A stretch of 63,849 nt of DNA, filler included, from Octopus bimaculoides (GCF_001194135.2; 4 parts of 3 records of this genome joined end to end with filler, not necessarily neighbours in it); one strand, 5' to 3'; counted from the whole stretch's first letter, positions 25,301-36,371 are shown. Notes: generated from the letters alone by a model not told the origin. Made by a program: numbers and translations.

Positions 25301-25682
25301 AACTTTGCCTTTCATCCTTTTTGGGTTGATAAAATAAGTGCCAGTCAAACACTAGGGTTGATGTAATTGACTAAACCTCCACTCCCCTGAAATTGTTGGC
25401 CTTGTGCCACAATTTGAAACCATTATTAATATTAAGGCAGTGAGCTGGCAGAACCATTAAAATGCCAGGCAAGATACTTATTTTGTCCATCTTTTTCTGT
25501 GTTCAAATTCTGCTGAAATCAACTTCGCCAGTCATCCTTGCGGGATCAGTGAAATAAGCACCAGTTTAGCACCGGGGTCGGTGTAATCTACAAAATTACT
25601 GCTCTTGTGCCAAAATTTGAAACCACCTTTATTATTGTTTTTATTTCAGGTCATTATTAAAGTTGCCCAGAAGAATTCTTAG
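8186..25682 (+). CDS. ALDH1: Cytosolic class 1/2 aldehyde dehydrogenase (ALDH1-like, omega-crystallin-related), complete 14-exon CDS, 1491 nt = 496 aa + stop
   Basis: Manually spliced exons 8186-8239, 12262-12366, 16491-16631, 17734-17860, 18079-18140, 18368-18496, 20211-20324, 21020-21122, 22233-22417, 23000-23164, 23581-23738, 23942-24016, 24963-25002, 25650-25682. All introns are GT-AG and phases are consistent. Motifs: [40 protein letters not shown] (Glu codon 21077-21079), GQCCVAG (Cys codon 22289-22291), [20 protein letters not shown]. No mitochondrial leader; in-frame stop at 8141-8143 upstream of the ATG. The exact orthology label is uncertain. Confidence 0.96.
8922..8990. repeat. 27-bp inverted repeat enclosing a TTAGGG-like loop
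   Basis: AATCCGCACGCCACCCGTTTTCGGCGT / ACGCCGAAAACGGGTGGTGTGCGGATT, one G-T mismatch; loop TTGAGGTTTAGGGTT. Confidence 0.85.
11026..11236. mobile_element. Foldback/MITE-like element with 79-bp arms and a telomeric-repeat core
   Basis: 11026-11104 and 11158-11236 are reverse complements with about 4 mismatches; the core contains CCCTAA and TTAGGG units. Confidence 0.8.
12028..12070 (+). ncRNA. Minimal hammerhead-like motif in ALDH intron 1
   Basis: CTGATGA(12034)-GGTTT AGTA GGACT-GAAA-CATG-TC; stem I partly decayed. Confidence 0.4.
12262..12366 (+). CDS. ALDH1: ALDH exon 2 ([35 protein letters not shown])
   Basis: CAG acceptor, GTAAGC donor, 105 nt. Confidence 0.96.
13285..13505 (+). mobile_element. 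RTE LINE 3' UTR fragment (ALDH intron 2)
   Basis: Near-identical to 44045-44275. Confidence 0.85.
13855..14052 (+). mobile_element. Older RTE-like 3' end fragment
   Basis: TTAGGAAGGGCATTCAGCAGTAGAAAC...CATGGAAAATAGATGTTAAATAATGATG similarity to other copies. Confidence 0.6.
15283..15640 (+). mobile_element. SINE with family A head and alternative RTE-like tail B
   Basis: Head as family A, then ...GGAAACAG...GGTTGGTGACAAGAAGGACATCC...CATGGAAAAGTGGACATTAAA; related copies at 11560-11700, 12560-12880, 17455-17645, 26540-26745 and 42940-43330(-). Confidence 0.7.
15645..15965 (-). mobile_element. Older RTE-like 3' end fragment
   Basis: CATCATCAT tail, GCAGCTGGATGCCCTTC core; related to 48610-48930. 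Confidence 0.6.
16491..16631 (+). CDS. ALDH1: ALDH exon 3 ([14 protein letters not shown]...ERDLVYAA)
   Basis: CAG acceptor, GTAAGT donor, 141 nt. Confidence 0.96.
17734..17860 (+). CDS. ALDH1: ALDH exon 4 ([11 protein letters not shown]...[17 protein letters not shown])
   Basis: TAG acceptor, GTAAGT donor, 127 nt, phase 1 end. Confidence 0.96.
18079..18140 (+). CDS. ALDH1: ALDH exon 5 ([21 protein letters not shown])
   Basis: CAG acceptor, GTACGT donor, 62 nt. Confidence 0.95.
18368..18496 (+). CDS. ALDH1: ALDH exon 6 ([11 protein letters not shown]...[19 protein letters not shown])
   Basis: CAG acceptor, GTAAGT donor, 129 nt. Confidence 0.96.
19231..19298. repeat. (GT)n microsatellite at a SINE hinge
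   Basis: Direct reading. Confidence 0.95.
19733..19975 (-). mobile_element. RTE LINE 3' UTR fragment (ALDH intron 6)
   Basis: Reverse complement of the 13285-13505 copy. Confidence 0.85.
20211..20324 (+). CDS. ALDH1: ALDH exon 7 ([19 protein letters not shown]...FTGSTE)
   Basis: TAG acceptor, GTAAGT donor, 114 nt; NAD-binding motifs. Confidence 0.96.
21020..21122 (+). CDS. ALDH1: ALDH exon 8 ([34 protein letters not shown])
   Basis: TAG acceptor, GTAAGT donor, 103 nt; catalytic Glu. Confidence 0.96.
21770..22105 (-). mobile_element. SINE family A, degraded (ALDH intron 8)
   Basis: Reverse-complement tail (21770-21930) and head (21945-22105). Confidence 0.7.
22233..22417 (+). CDS. ALDH1: ALDH exon 9 ([26 protein letters not shown]...NGPQ)
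   Basis: CAG acceptor, GTAAAA donor, 185 nt; catalytic Cys. Confidence 0.96.
23000..23164 (+). CDS. ALDH1: ALDH exon 10 (VDADQLSKI...RITKEE)
   Basis: TAG acceptor, GTAAGT donor, 165 nt. Confidence 0.96.
23581..23738 (+). CDS. ALDH1: ALDH exon 11 (IFGPVQQII...AGTVW)
   Basis: TAG acceptor, GTAAGA donor, 158 nt. Confidence 0.96.
23942..24016 (+). CDS. ALDH1: ALDH exon 12 ([25 protein letters not shown])
   Basis: CAG acceptor, GTAAGT donor, 75 nt. Confidence 0.95.
24963..25002 (+). CDS. ALDH1: ALDH exon 13 ([13 protein letters not shown])
   Basis: CAG acceptor, GTGAGT donor, 40 nt. Confidence 0.94.
25211..25625 (+). mobile_element. Two head-to-tail SINE family C copies in ALDH intron 13
   Basis: Copies at ~25211-25425 and ~25436-25625. 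Confidence 0.8.
25650..25682 (+). CDS. ALDH1: ALDH exon 14, terminal coding exon ([10 protein letters not shown])
   Basis: CAG acceptor, TAG stop at 25680-25682, 33 nt; conserved C-terminal QKNS. Confidence 0.94.
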   Translation, partial: VIIKVAQKNS

Positions 25683-25735
25683 ATTTCCTTCACTCTGGAG
25701 CAGTTGACTGAACAGATGAATGACTCCGATCTTCC

Positions 25736-25741
25736 AATAAA
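25736..25741 (+). terminator. Candidate polyadenylation signal of ALDH
   Basis: AATAAA about 54 nt after the stop; alternatives at 25847 and 25915. Confidence 0.5.
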
Positions 25742-26014
25742 ATTTTTATATTAATTCCAATTCTACAGAACAATGATATTGAAACAAGCTAAAATATTTT
25801 TCCTAATCTTCTACCGGTTTATGAAACTCTTTTGTTACTCTGAAATAATAAAAATCAACAAGAATTGATTCTCTCCTATTGAACAAACATTTGATGTAAA
25901 TGTTTAAAACAAATAATAAAAACTGTAAAATGTTTTTGAGTTTTTTTAATTTTTTTATAGCAGATTTCAAATAGCAATCAAAACTCACTAAAATCACACC
26001 ATACCATCTTGAAT

Positions 26015-26310
26015 TGGCACCTTGGGCAAGTATCTTCTACTATAGCCTTGTGAGTGGATTTGGTGGGCAGAAGCTGAAAGAAGCCAGTTTTGTACATGTG
26101 TGCATCTTTGTCTATCTTTGTTTTCCCACTACCACTACTTGACAACTGATGGTGTGTTTATATCTCTGTAACCTAGCAGTTAAGTGAAAGAGACCAATAG
26201 AATAAGTATCAGGCATAAAATGAAAATAAGTACTGGGGTCAATAAGTTTGGCTAAATTCCTCGATGTGGTGCCCCAGCATGGCTGCAGTCTACAGACTGA
26301 AGCAAAGGAT
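26015..26310 (+). mobile_element. SINE family A, old copy
   Basis: GGCACCTTGGGCAAG core plus tail A. Confidence 0.7.
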
Positions 26311-27239
26311 ATCGGGTCATCCCATAAATAATGTGGTTTTCTCAATTGCATGAACTTAGTCAGAGGGGGACAGGATAAACTACCTGCATCAACTTGCTAT
26401 AAAAGCAGGTAGTAATTTTACCTTGTACTTATTCTTAGTGCAAGTTTTGAAGAGTGCAGTTCGATTTTTAACTGACTTTGAAGTTCCAACTAGGGAAGCC
26501 ATTGTCGAACTGCCTATATGTGTGTTAGTGTCTCCTCATGTGATAATTGTAATCATGCGTCAGCTTTGAGCTTATGTATTTGGTTTCTAACCTTATGTGA
26601 AAATATGCCTGGCCATAGGAAACTATTGACTTATTTGGAAGCAGGTGAAGGTTGGTGATAGGAAGAGCATCCAGCAGAAAATCTGCCTCAACAAATTTCA
26701 TCCGACTCATGCAAACATGGAAAAGACATTGAAATGATGATGGATACATACATTTTCAAAAGTGATAAGAATATTGTTTTACAAAATAAAAAAAAATATG
26801 TTGAAATACCTATTTAGTGTAAATACACAAAATAAATTTATTCATCAGTCACCAAATAAAATAAAAGTGGTGAATAGCTAAGTGGTCTTAAAAATAGCAA
26901 TTGGAGGACTCTTGAATAAAGCTAATAACTTTTAAACAAGTTCAAAATCAGCTGAGAAAATGTCAACATTAGAAGATGAGTGAAAAGTAAATACAATTAA
27001 TGAGAAATTGGGTTAAAAGCACTAAAACACCTCCAAAGTTAGGGGAATGAAAAATGAAGAAGCTTCTTCAGACGAAGGAGATGCATTTTGCTCTGGAAAA
27101 CAGTCTAGGGTGAGAAGAACTTCAGCCCATGCAGGTGTACAGTAGCTTGGTAAAACCAGAACTGTACAAAGTCCAAAACTTATACTCAAGAATTATCCAT
27201 CCATACCTATTTATCGTCATTATTATTGTTTTCATGATG

Positions 27240-28208
27240 ATGATGACATCATCATAATCATTTAATGTCTGCTTTCCATGCTGGCATGGGTTGGACGGTT
27301 TGATTGAGGACTGGTGTGCCGGATGGCTGCACCAGGCTCCAATCTGATCTGGCAGAGTTTCTACAGCTGGATGCCCTTCCCAATGCCAACCACTCCGAGA
27401 GTGTAGTGGGTGCTTTTACGTGCCACTGGCAACGGCCACACTCAGATGGTGTTTTTTACGTGCTGCCTACACAGGAGCCAGTCCAGCGGCACTGGCAATG
27501 ACCTCACTCAAATATTGTCTTTCACATGTCACTGGCACAAGTACCAGTAAGGCGATGCTGGTAACGGTCACGCTCTAATGGCAATTTTACATGCTACCGG
27601 CACGGGAGCCAGTCAGCATCCCTGGCAGTATTCACACTCGAATGGTGCTCTTAGCGCTCCACTAGCACAGATGCCAGTCAAGCAGTGTTATCATTGAATT
27701 TAATTTCGATTTCACTTGCCTCAACAGGTTTTCACAAGCGGAGTTTAGTATCCAACGAAGGAAAGGTATGCATGAGTGAGCTGGTTACGCCACAGGTTAT
27801 GGTCTCACTTGGCTTACCAGGTCTTCTCAAGCACAGCATATTTCCAAAGGTCTCGGTCACAAGTAATTGCCTTGGTGAGGCCTAATGTTCGAAGGTCGTG
27901 CTTCACCACCTCATCCCAGGTCTTCCTGGGCCTACCTCTTCCACAGGTTCTCTCAACCGCTAGGCTGTGACACTTTTTCACACAGCTATCTTCATCCATT
28001 CTCACCACATGACCATACCAGCGCAGTTGTCTCTCTTGCACACCACAGCTGATGCTTCTTAGGTCCAACTTTTCTTTCAAGGCACTTACACTCTGTCGAG
28101 TATGCACACTGACATTACACATCCAGCAGAGCATACTGGCTTCATTCCTTGCAAGCTTACGCATGTCCTCAGCAGTCATGGCCCATGTTTCACTGCCATG
28201 TAGCATGG
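27240..28208 (-). mobile_element. 5'-truncated RTE-clade LINE (ORF2 C-terminus + 3' UTR + (GAT)n tail)
   Basis: MLHGSETW, RLRWYGHVVRM, GRGRPRKTW in ORF 27814-28266(-); 3' UTR ends ...CCAACCCATGCCAGCATGGAAAGCAGACATTAAATGAT. Confidence 0.9.
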
Positions 28209-28214
28209 CAGTGT

Positions 28215-28440
28215 GTGTGTGTGTGTGTCTTTGTGTCTGTGTTTGTCCCCCACCACAGTTTGACAACCGACGTTGGTGTGTTTATTTCCCCATAAATTAG
28301 CAGTTCAGCAAAAGAGACCAATAGAATAAGTACCAGGCTTTAAAAAATATGTCCTGGGATCAATTCATTCAACTAAGAATTCTTAAAGGCAATGCCCCAG
28401 CATGACCACAGTCTATTGATTGAAACAACTAAAATATAAG
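28215..28440 (+). mobile_element. SINE family A, 3' half abutting the RTE 5' truncation point
   Basis: (GT)n hinge then tail A. Confidence 0.75.
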
Positions 28441-28549
28441 GATATAAGTGTGTGTACTTGTGTTGTTTGTATATGTGTATGTGTGTTTCTGTATGTACAT
28501 ATGTACTAATCCTCTTTGGAATTTTAGTTTATTTTGAGCAGCCATTAAA

Positions 28550-28585
<36 letters not shown>

Positions 28586-29262
28586 ATGTGTGTTTGTATA
28601 AATGTGCATGAATGTACATACGTATGTATGTATTCTTCCTATTTGGAATTTTTGAGTTTAAGTGGCCACCTGATCAGTGTCAATAAAGTATGTATGCATG
28701 TATGTATCTGAATATATGTGTATGTGAGTGTGTGTGTGTGTGTGTGTGTAGGTGTGTGTGTGTTTTCTACTTTACTGATGTTTCAGCATTAATACTGACC
28801 AATCACCTGCTCAGTAACAAGGTTATGATAGAAAGATCTTGTTCTTTGCACCATTCTATAGACAACCATTCAACCCTTTCTTAGCATCTGTTTTTCCTTT
28901 TTCACTGCTTCTAAACATCAATGGAATATTCTAGTGTCAACTTTAGGACAAGATCTGGCCAAAGTGTCCATCAGATACAGGATGATTACCACATTTTGAT
29001 GGTATTTAAGCCCCGTACATGGTTTTGAAAAAAAATTAAACATCCACTGGGGTTTGTATCAGCTGACATGAAACAACTGAACTTAAAGAGAGAAGCAAAA
29101 GGAGAGAATAAGAACATGTGGAGTTTGATGAACCTTCATATTGAAATAAACTTCAGTGCCCTATTTTAGATTAAAAATACTTAAATTACATTTTGCCATC
29201 AATAAAAACAGTCTGAGTGACTAAAATTTGGCGATCTTCAACTCCGTCCGTCCATCCGTCCT

Positions 29263-29295
<33 letters not shown>

Positions 29296-30279
29296 TTTCC
29301 CTGCTGGTTAGGTTAGACAATTTGAAGTTTTGCAGAAGCCACATGTAGAATTGCACTGTCTCATGTGTCTGTTTTAATATTCTTTAAAATGTTAGTATGT
29401 GGAATCTAAATAAAATTTGACAACTATTTTTAATTAGGTCAAGTCACTTGATTAGAGGCCTCTCAGTTATTATCTAGGTCAATAGTTCTCAATAGAGGAC
29501 ACAACTGTAAGGAGTGAAAAGGGGGTGGGGAAACAAATTGCCAGGTTTGATAAAAACTAAAATATGTCTAACACGGTAACAAAGAAAGAAGACTTGCAAA
29601 GACGCAAACTTCTCATTATTAAAAAGATTGTCTTCTCATTATTAATTGTCTTCTCGTTATTAAAAAGATTTATTAACCACAAAGGGTTTACATTAAGAAA
29701 TACATTATGGGCAGTAGAGATCAAAATAAAAATAATAATGATAATAATAATAATCCTTTCTACTAAAGGCACAATGCTAAGAATCTGGAGGAGGGGGGGG
29801 ATAGTCGACCATGTAAGGGACGACCGTGCGAACTCAAAAAGGAGAAATGGTGACGAATGGAAAAACAGAGGACTCCTTTTATTTAAACGCGTCACACGGT
29901 CGAACACAAAATATATATATCAAATGATGATATACATGATATGTTATGCGACGATAACATAGATGACCAGTAATGAAAGACCACAACCGTATAAGATGGA
30001 ATAACAGAGATATTTATTATGGCGTTAAAGTGTATGTCTGTGTGTGAGTGTGAATGCGACATATAAGAACATAATCAAAGACAGGCCGTCATACAAAGAA
30101 AAGTGTGTATGTGAGTGATACATGTGTGTATGAGTGTTTACAGCAGATAGAAAGAGAGTCAATAANNNNNNNNNNNNNNNNNNNNNNNNNNNNNNNNNNN
30201 NNNNNNNNNNNNNNNNNNNNNNNNNNNNNNNNNNNNNNNNNNNNNNNNNNNNNNNNNNNNNNNNNNNGTGAAGCTGAGT

Positions 30280-30830
30280 GACCTAACAGAATCGAAGAGA
30301 GAGATGTGCCGCGGAGGTTTGGTTTGGTGTACATAGTAAGTCGTGTTGATGCTGGTGGTGTAGAGGCTGCTTGGTAGTAATCGTGTTGGTCATGACGATG
30401 GTGCTGGTTAGTAGTCGAAGAAATGTGTTGCTGATATGGCGACGGCGGTGGTCATCATTGGCTGGACGAAGCTGTTGAAGTGGTCGCTGGAACTGCTGCT
30501 GCTGTCGTGTGGTACACGGAACAGTTCTCAAAGAGAAACTGGACCAAGACCAATTTGGCCGCCGAGTTAAAGCTATTTATAACAAACTATTGACTCACCA
30601 GATGGTAGAAATATACTCTATCACGTGACCTTATTAGGGGCCGTGATTGGTCAGTTTGCGTTCTGGCGGGAACGGTTCGAAGAAGTTGCCGATTCAAATA
30701 ATGATCAGTCACGTGATGACAAGGTTAATGTTTTCCGCTACGTTCGTGTTTGTTTATATTTAAATGAGAAGAATGGCGATAGTAGTTTTGTATCTAATGG
30801 CGGTAGGTAGTTTCACTACAACCACATCAA
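30280..30830. promoter_or_regulatory. Candidate CpG-rich, possibly bidirectional promoter
   Basis: Two TCACGTGA E-boxes (~30621 and ~30709), a reverse CCAAT (GATTGG ~30646), AATGGCG motifs near 30773 and 30796, locally high CpG. Confidence 0.3.
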
Positions 30831-30930
30831 NNNNNNNNNNNNNNNNNNNNNNNNNNNNNNNNNNNNNNNNNNNNTTAATTAATTAANNNNNNNNNNNNNN
30901 NNNNNNNNNNNNNNNNNNNNNNNNNNNNNN
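30831..30930. other. Artificial scaffold-join spacer
   Basis: N44-TTAATTAATTAA(30875-30886)-N44. Confidence 0.92.
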
Positions 30931-30940
30931 TATATAATAT

Positions 30941-31181
30941 ATGTATGTATATAAATATACCTATATGTATATATATGTATATAAATATACCTATATGTAT
31001 ATATATGTATATAAATATACCTATATGTATATATATGTATATAAATATACATATATGTATATATATATATGTATATATATGTATATACATATATATGTAT
31101 ATATATACATACACATATATATATGTATACATATGTTTATATATATACATATATATATATATGTATATATATATGTACATA

Positions 31182-31245
<64 letters not shown>
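30941..31245. repeat. 30-bp TA-rich tandem repeat (about 4 copies) merging into (TA)n
   Basis: ATAAATATACCTATATGTATATATATGTAT periodicity. Confidence 0.85.
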
Positions 31246-31247
<2 letters not shown>

Positions 31248-31460
31248 TTATGAGCGGTAATGGTGTCAGTTAGACCCAGAGGTTTCAGGTAATGCTGAGT
31301 TAGTGCTATGGATAGACCATAGTTAAGCTCCAGGTTCGGTGATTATGTGAATAAGTGGTCCAACGTAGGTCATATATCACCATGTGAATATAAGGATTTA
31401 CTTTTTGTAATGAGATAAAAAAACCCCATCGCTGTGTATATTTTAGAACATTTATAAATA

Positions 31461-31510
31461 GGTCTTACAGCTGTTTTCAGGATATTTATTATATCCCTTC
31501 ATCAGAGACG
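31461..31510 (-). ncRNA. Minimal hammerhead-like motif (degenerate)
   Basis: Minus strand GTCT-CTGATGA-A-GGGATAT AATAA ATATCCT-GAAAA-CAGCTG-TA-AGAC. Confidence 0.45.
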
Positions 31511-31789
31511 GTGTGAGAGGATGGTTAAGCAATAGTTAGTTTAGATACGATAGGAAATAGAGAGTGAATTTAGGGATATTGTATTTGTAAATCCATTGTT
31601 TTGGCAGAATGGTATACATATAAGATTCCAATACCTTGTGAATAAAATCCAGTAGTCTTTAAGATTGGTCATTGTATTTGTAAATCCATTATTAAGATTC
31701 CAATACTCGATCAGTAAAATCCAACACTCTTTGAAACTGGTCATTTCAAATACAGAGTTTATACACAGTGTTATTGAATCAAGGGTTCT

Positions 31790-31916
31790 GCCGGAGCCTC
31801 GTGGAGCTTTAGGTGTTTTCACTCAATAAACATTCACAATGCCCGGTCTGGGAATAGAAACCGCGATCATATGAGCGCGAGTCCGCTGCCCTAACCACTG
31901 GGCCATTACGCCTCCC
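31790..31916 (-). mobile_element. tRNA-derived SINE head (family E)
   Basis: Minus strand GGAGGCGTAATGGCCCAGTGGTTAGGGCAGCGG (A-box) and GGTTTCTATTCC (B-box-like). Confidence 0.65.
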
Positions 31917-32749
31917 TGTTTTTAATAAGAGTAACAAGCAATAACAAATAGAAGTAATAACTTTTAGTTTTAATAAAAGCTAATATTTCCTAAATCTAAA
32001 TATTTCATTTGAAATTTTATTCTTAACTGAAATATTTTAAGTAATTTTTTTTATTCTGTACTTTATAAGATGTAATAAGTTGTCCTCAAGTTTTCCCATT
32101 ATTTTCCTGAATTATATATAAAGTCGTCCACATCGCGTGAATGCGGAGAGGTGAAGGGTTCTGGGGATCCATTTGTAATTAAATTACAAGGATTCTGTTC
32201 GTTCCTTCGGTGGGTTATCGTGTCAAAAACCAATTTCTATAGCTTCGGATCACTCCACGCTTTGTTAGTAGTACTGTGTGTTGATGTCCGTCGAATGTAT
32301 TGCATATATTAATATAAACATATAGCCTTGTCACGCAGTGTGCAACACTGATTACGTATAGGAATTTGTGTAAGTTCACAATTTTTGCAGTCTATGGAAT
32401 ATATGTTACGCCAAACGAAGGTAATGCATTTGATAGAAGTATTGCATCCTCATTGTAAATCGACGGAGACCCACTCCGCTATAAATTTATATAATACACA
32501 GACATGGTTAGATACATTTATATACAAGCATTTATATTTACAGGCATACATACAGGCATTTATATACACAGGCATACATAGATAGATTTATATATAAAGA
32601 AATAAGATACATTTATATACATATATCCATATGTATGCATATACACATAGGCAAATAGACATGTATGCGTGTGTTTATAGATATATATATGTTTTTCTCT
32701 TTTACCTAGAAGAATAAAGAATAGAAAGTCCTTAGTATAATAAGATATA

Positions 32750-32885
32750 TTTGAAAAATTGAATAGAATGGCTTTTCTGATAATTTTCCACTCTGATAAT
32801 TAAATGTTCACCTAATAACTAATGAATATATAATTATTAAAGAGGGAAAATCATCAGAAAAGCAACTTTTATTCATCTTTTCAAG
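32750..32885. mobile_element. Old ~135-bp MITE-like palindrome with TA-flanked ends
   Basis: TTGAAAA...GCTTTTCTGATAATTTTCC versus GGAAAATCATCAGAAAAGC...TTTTCAAG; TA on both sides. Confidence 0.65.
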
Positions 32886-32889
32886 TATA

Positions 32890-33372
<483 letters not shown>

Positions 33373-33613
33373 TATGTATATATACATGTATATACATATG
33401 TATATATATATCTATATATATATGTATATATATGTATGTATATATATATATATATATATNNNNNNNNNNNNNNNNNNNNNNNNNNNNNNNNNNNNNNNNN
33501 NNNNNNNNNNNNNNNNNNNNNNNNNNNNNNNNNNNNNNNNNNNNNNNNNNNNNNNNNNNNNNNNNNNNNNNNNNGTATGTATATATATATATATATATGC
33601 ATATATGTATGTA

Positions 33614-33742
<129 letters not shown>

Positions 33743-34614
33743 AATATTATTATAAAGCGCATTTCAATATTCCTTTACGATTACCGGCAACCACATGCCA
33801 TTATACAGTAAGAATACACTTTTTATTGCATATACATGTGATAATCAGTTAGTGTACGCAGAGTTCATGCAAATGCGATTTATAACACAAGATGGAATTG
33901 CCACACACACCTAATACAAAAAATACAACAAGAACATGAGGTAAAAGGATAAAGAGAGTTTATATTTATGCTCAGGTTATAGGGAAAGAATGGATGTCTT
34001 TTAAGATTCGAGTATAGGCATTTCTTCTCAAAGAAAGAAGAGACAAGAATAGCATAAACAGCGAAAGAAAATGGAGAAATGAATGCATAAGTATTATACG
34101 GTCGTGGCATGCCGGAATGACCGTACGTTTTAAAGTGGTTACTTATGTCTATGAACATGCAAACATGCATATGTATGATGCAGTGTGTGTGTGTGTGTAT
34201 TTGTGTTTGTGTGTGTGTGTGCGTGCGCACGCATGTTTTCTGCTTATGTGTAGATATGAGGCTGTTTTGTGCGTTATAGTTGAAAGATGTGTTAGGTGAA
34301 ATAAAGGTGACAAAAGTAGTGGAGGTTGGGAAGTGTAGGTGTTTTCATATTTGTTACTCTACATGTGCACACGGAGAGCATGTGGAATTTAAATTGAACC
34401 GTGGAAGTTTGTCTCTGTGTGTATGAAATAGATAAAAGATGCGTATGTGTGTACAGGTGAATTTGCTGGTGTGAATGGGTGTGAGTATTTTGTTAAGGCG
34501 ATTGTGGGAATGTTAGAGGTGTGTGTGTGTGTGTGTGTGAAGCCAAAAAAAGGGGTTTAAAGGAAAAGGTGTTGGGAATTTAGACCAATGACCATCTGAG
34601 TCTGGAGTGAAAAA

Positions 34615-35000
34615 CTAATTACTACTCCAAGCAGATACGAGATATCTCTTTGCAAGGCCAGTCGAAATACAAAAGCGATACCGCAAGAAAATGACAAGCA
34701 GGGCGAATATGGTGCGAAACCGGGATGTCATTATTGAGTTTAATGTTCCTAAGTGCTCAGTAAAACGATCAGTTAGGGGTCGACCAGTGTGTCCTATATA
34801 AGAGGAGAACCAAAAGGAGAAGATAATGCAGCGAATGAAGTGCAAGTCCGTGACATAGGAAAATAGTGGTGGTGAGTGCCTATGAAACAATGATATTAGA
34901 TAAGAAGAGACATACGCTGTAGAGTTGGCGATAGCCAGGAAAGGAGCCAGGTTGAGTGCCAAAGTGGGATAAAGCTAATGGACCAGGAAGTCATGTTTCA
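34615..35000 (-). mobile_element. Penelope-like element GIY-YIG endonuclease remnant
   Basis: LHFIRCII...YIGHTGRPLTDRFTEHL in ORF 34615-34962(-) fits the PLE GIY-YIG pattern YCIxC..C...YIGxTxRxLxxRFxEH. Confidence 0.7.
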
Positions 35001-35296
35001 AGGGAACCGATGGATGGGTTGGGGACATATATGGTGTACGGTTCCGCTTTTGGTGTTATCTACTAATAAACCTTTACAGAGCTTCAGAGATTTGTCAGAC
35101 GGAAGTTATCCACAAAACCGAGAACCTGCTCCGAATACATCAAGCAGAAGGGACTCTTTCACGAGTACCCACGATAACAGGCCTTGATCTTAAACGGGAC
35201 GACAGATTAAGTCTATACCCATCTTCCCACCTCTTTTTCTCTCTGTCTCTCCATAGTACATACATACATATTCATATATACACAAACAACATACAT

Positions 35297-35818
<522 letters not shown>

Positions 35819-36371
35819 CACATGTACATATATGGGCCTCCGAATCTTGTGATTCTGTTTCTGTACTGCACTTAATTCTGTCAACGACCTCAAAAGAGAC
35901 AGTTGTAATGAACATGGAAGAAGTTCTAACACTAAAGTAAATGATGTTTTTACAATGGAAAACCTTCCTACATTATCTGAAATGATGTACAGCGACTCAA
36001 TGTACACTTCATCTAGCATGGGAAAATTAAATTACAGCATTTAAGGCTGGATGCGCACTTAATTGTAGGATGTAAGATGCATCACTTTTAATTTCATTAG
36101 TGTAAATTATTTTAAGTAAATGGCGTTTCTACTTAACTAATTACTGAACACATTACTAGTGACTTGCCAGTGAAGTGGCTTTTACGTGGACAGCCGACCT
36201 GCTAGAAATAACAGTAACATTTTCCTCATGTTAATCCTACCGCTTTAAAAATAAAATACATTGGATATAGTATTGTCAAAGGTGCATTATGCACGAAAGA
36301 AATCAGAATGATCGCGTCTGAAATGCATTTGATCATTTGCCTGCTTTATCAGGGTTGAATTGTTACTATAC

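Noticed and set aside
35853-36045. Stop-free frames on both strands next to a microsatellite
   Set aside because: No splice acceptor, no recognisable homology, short enough to arise by chance
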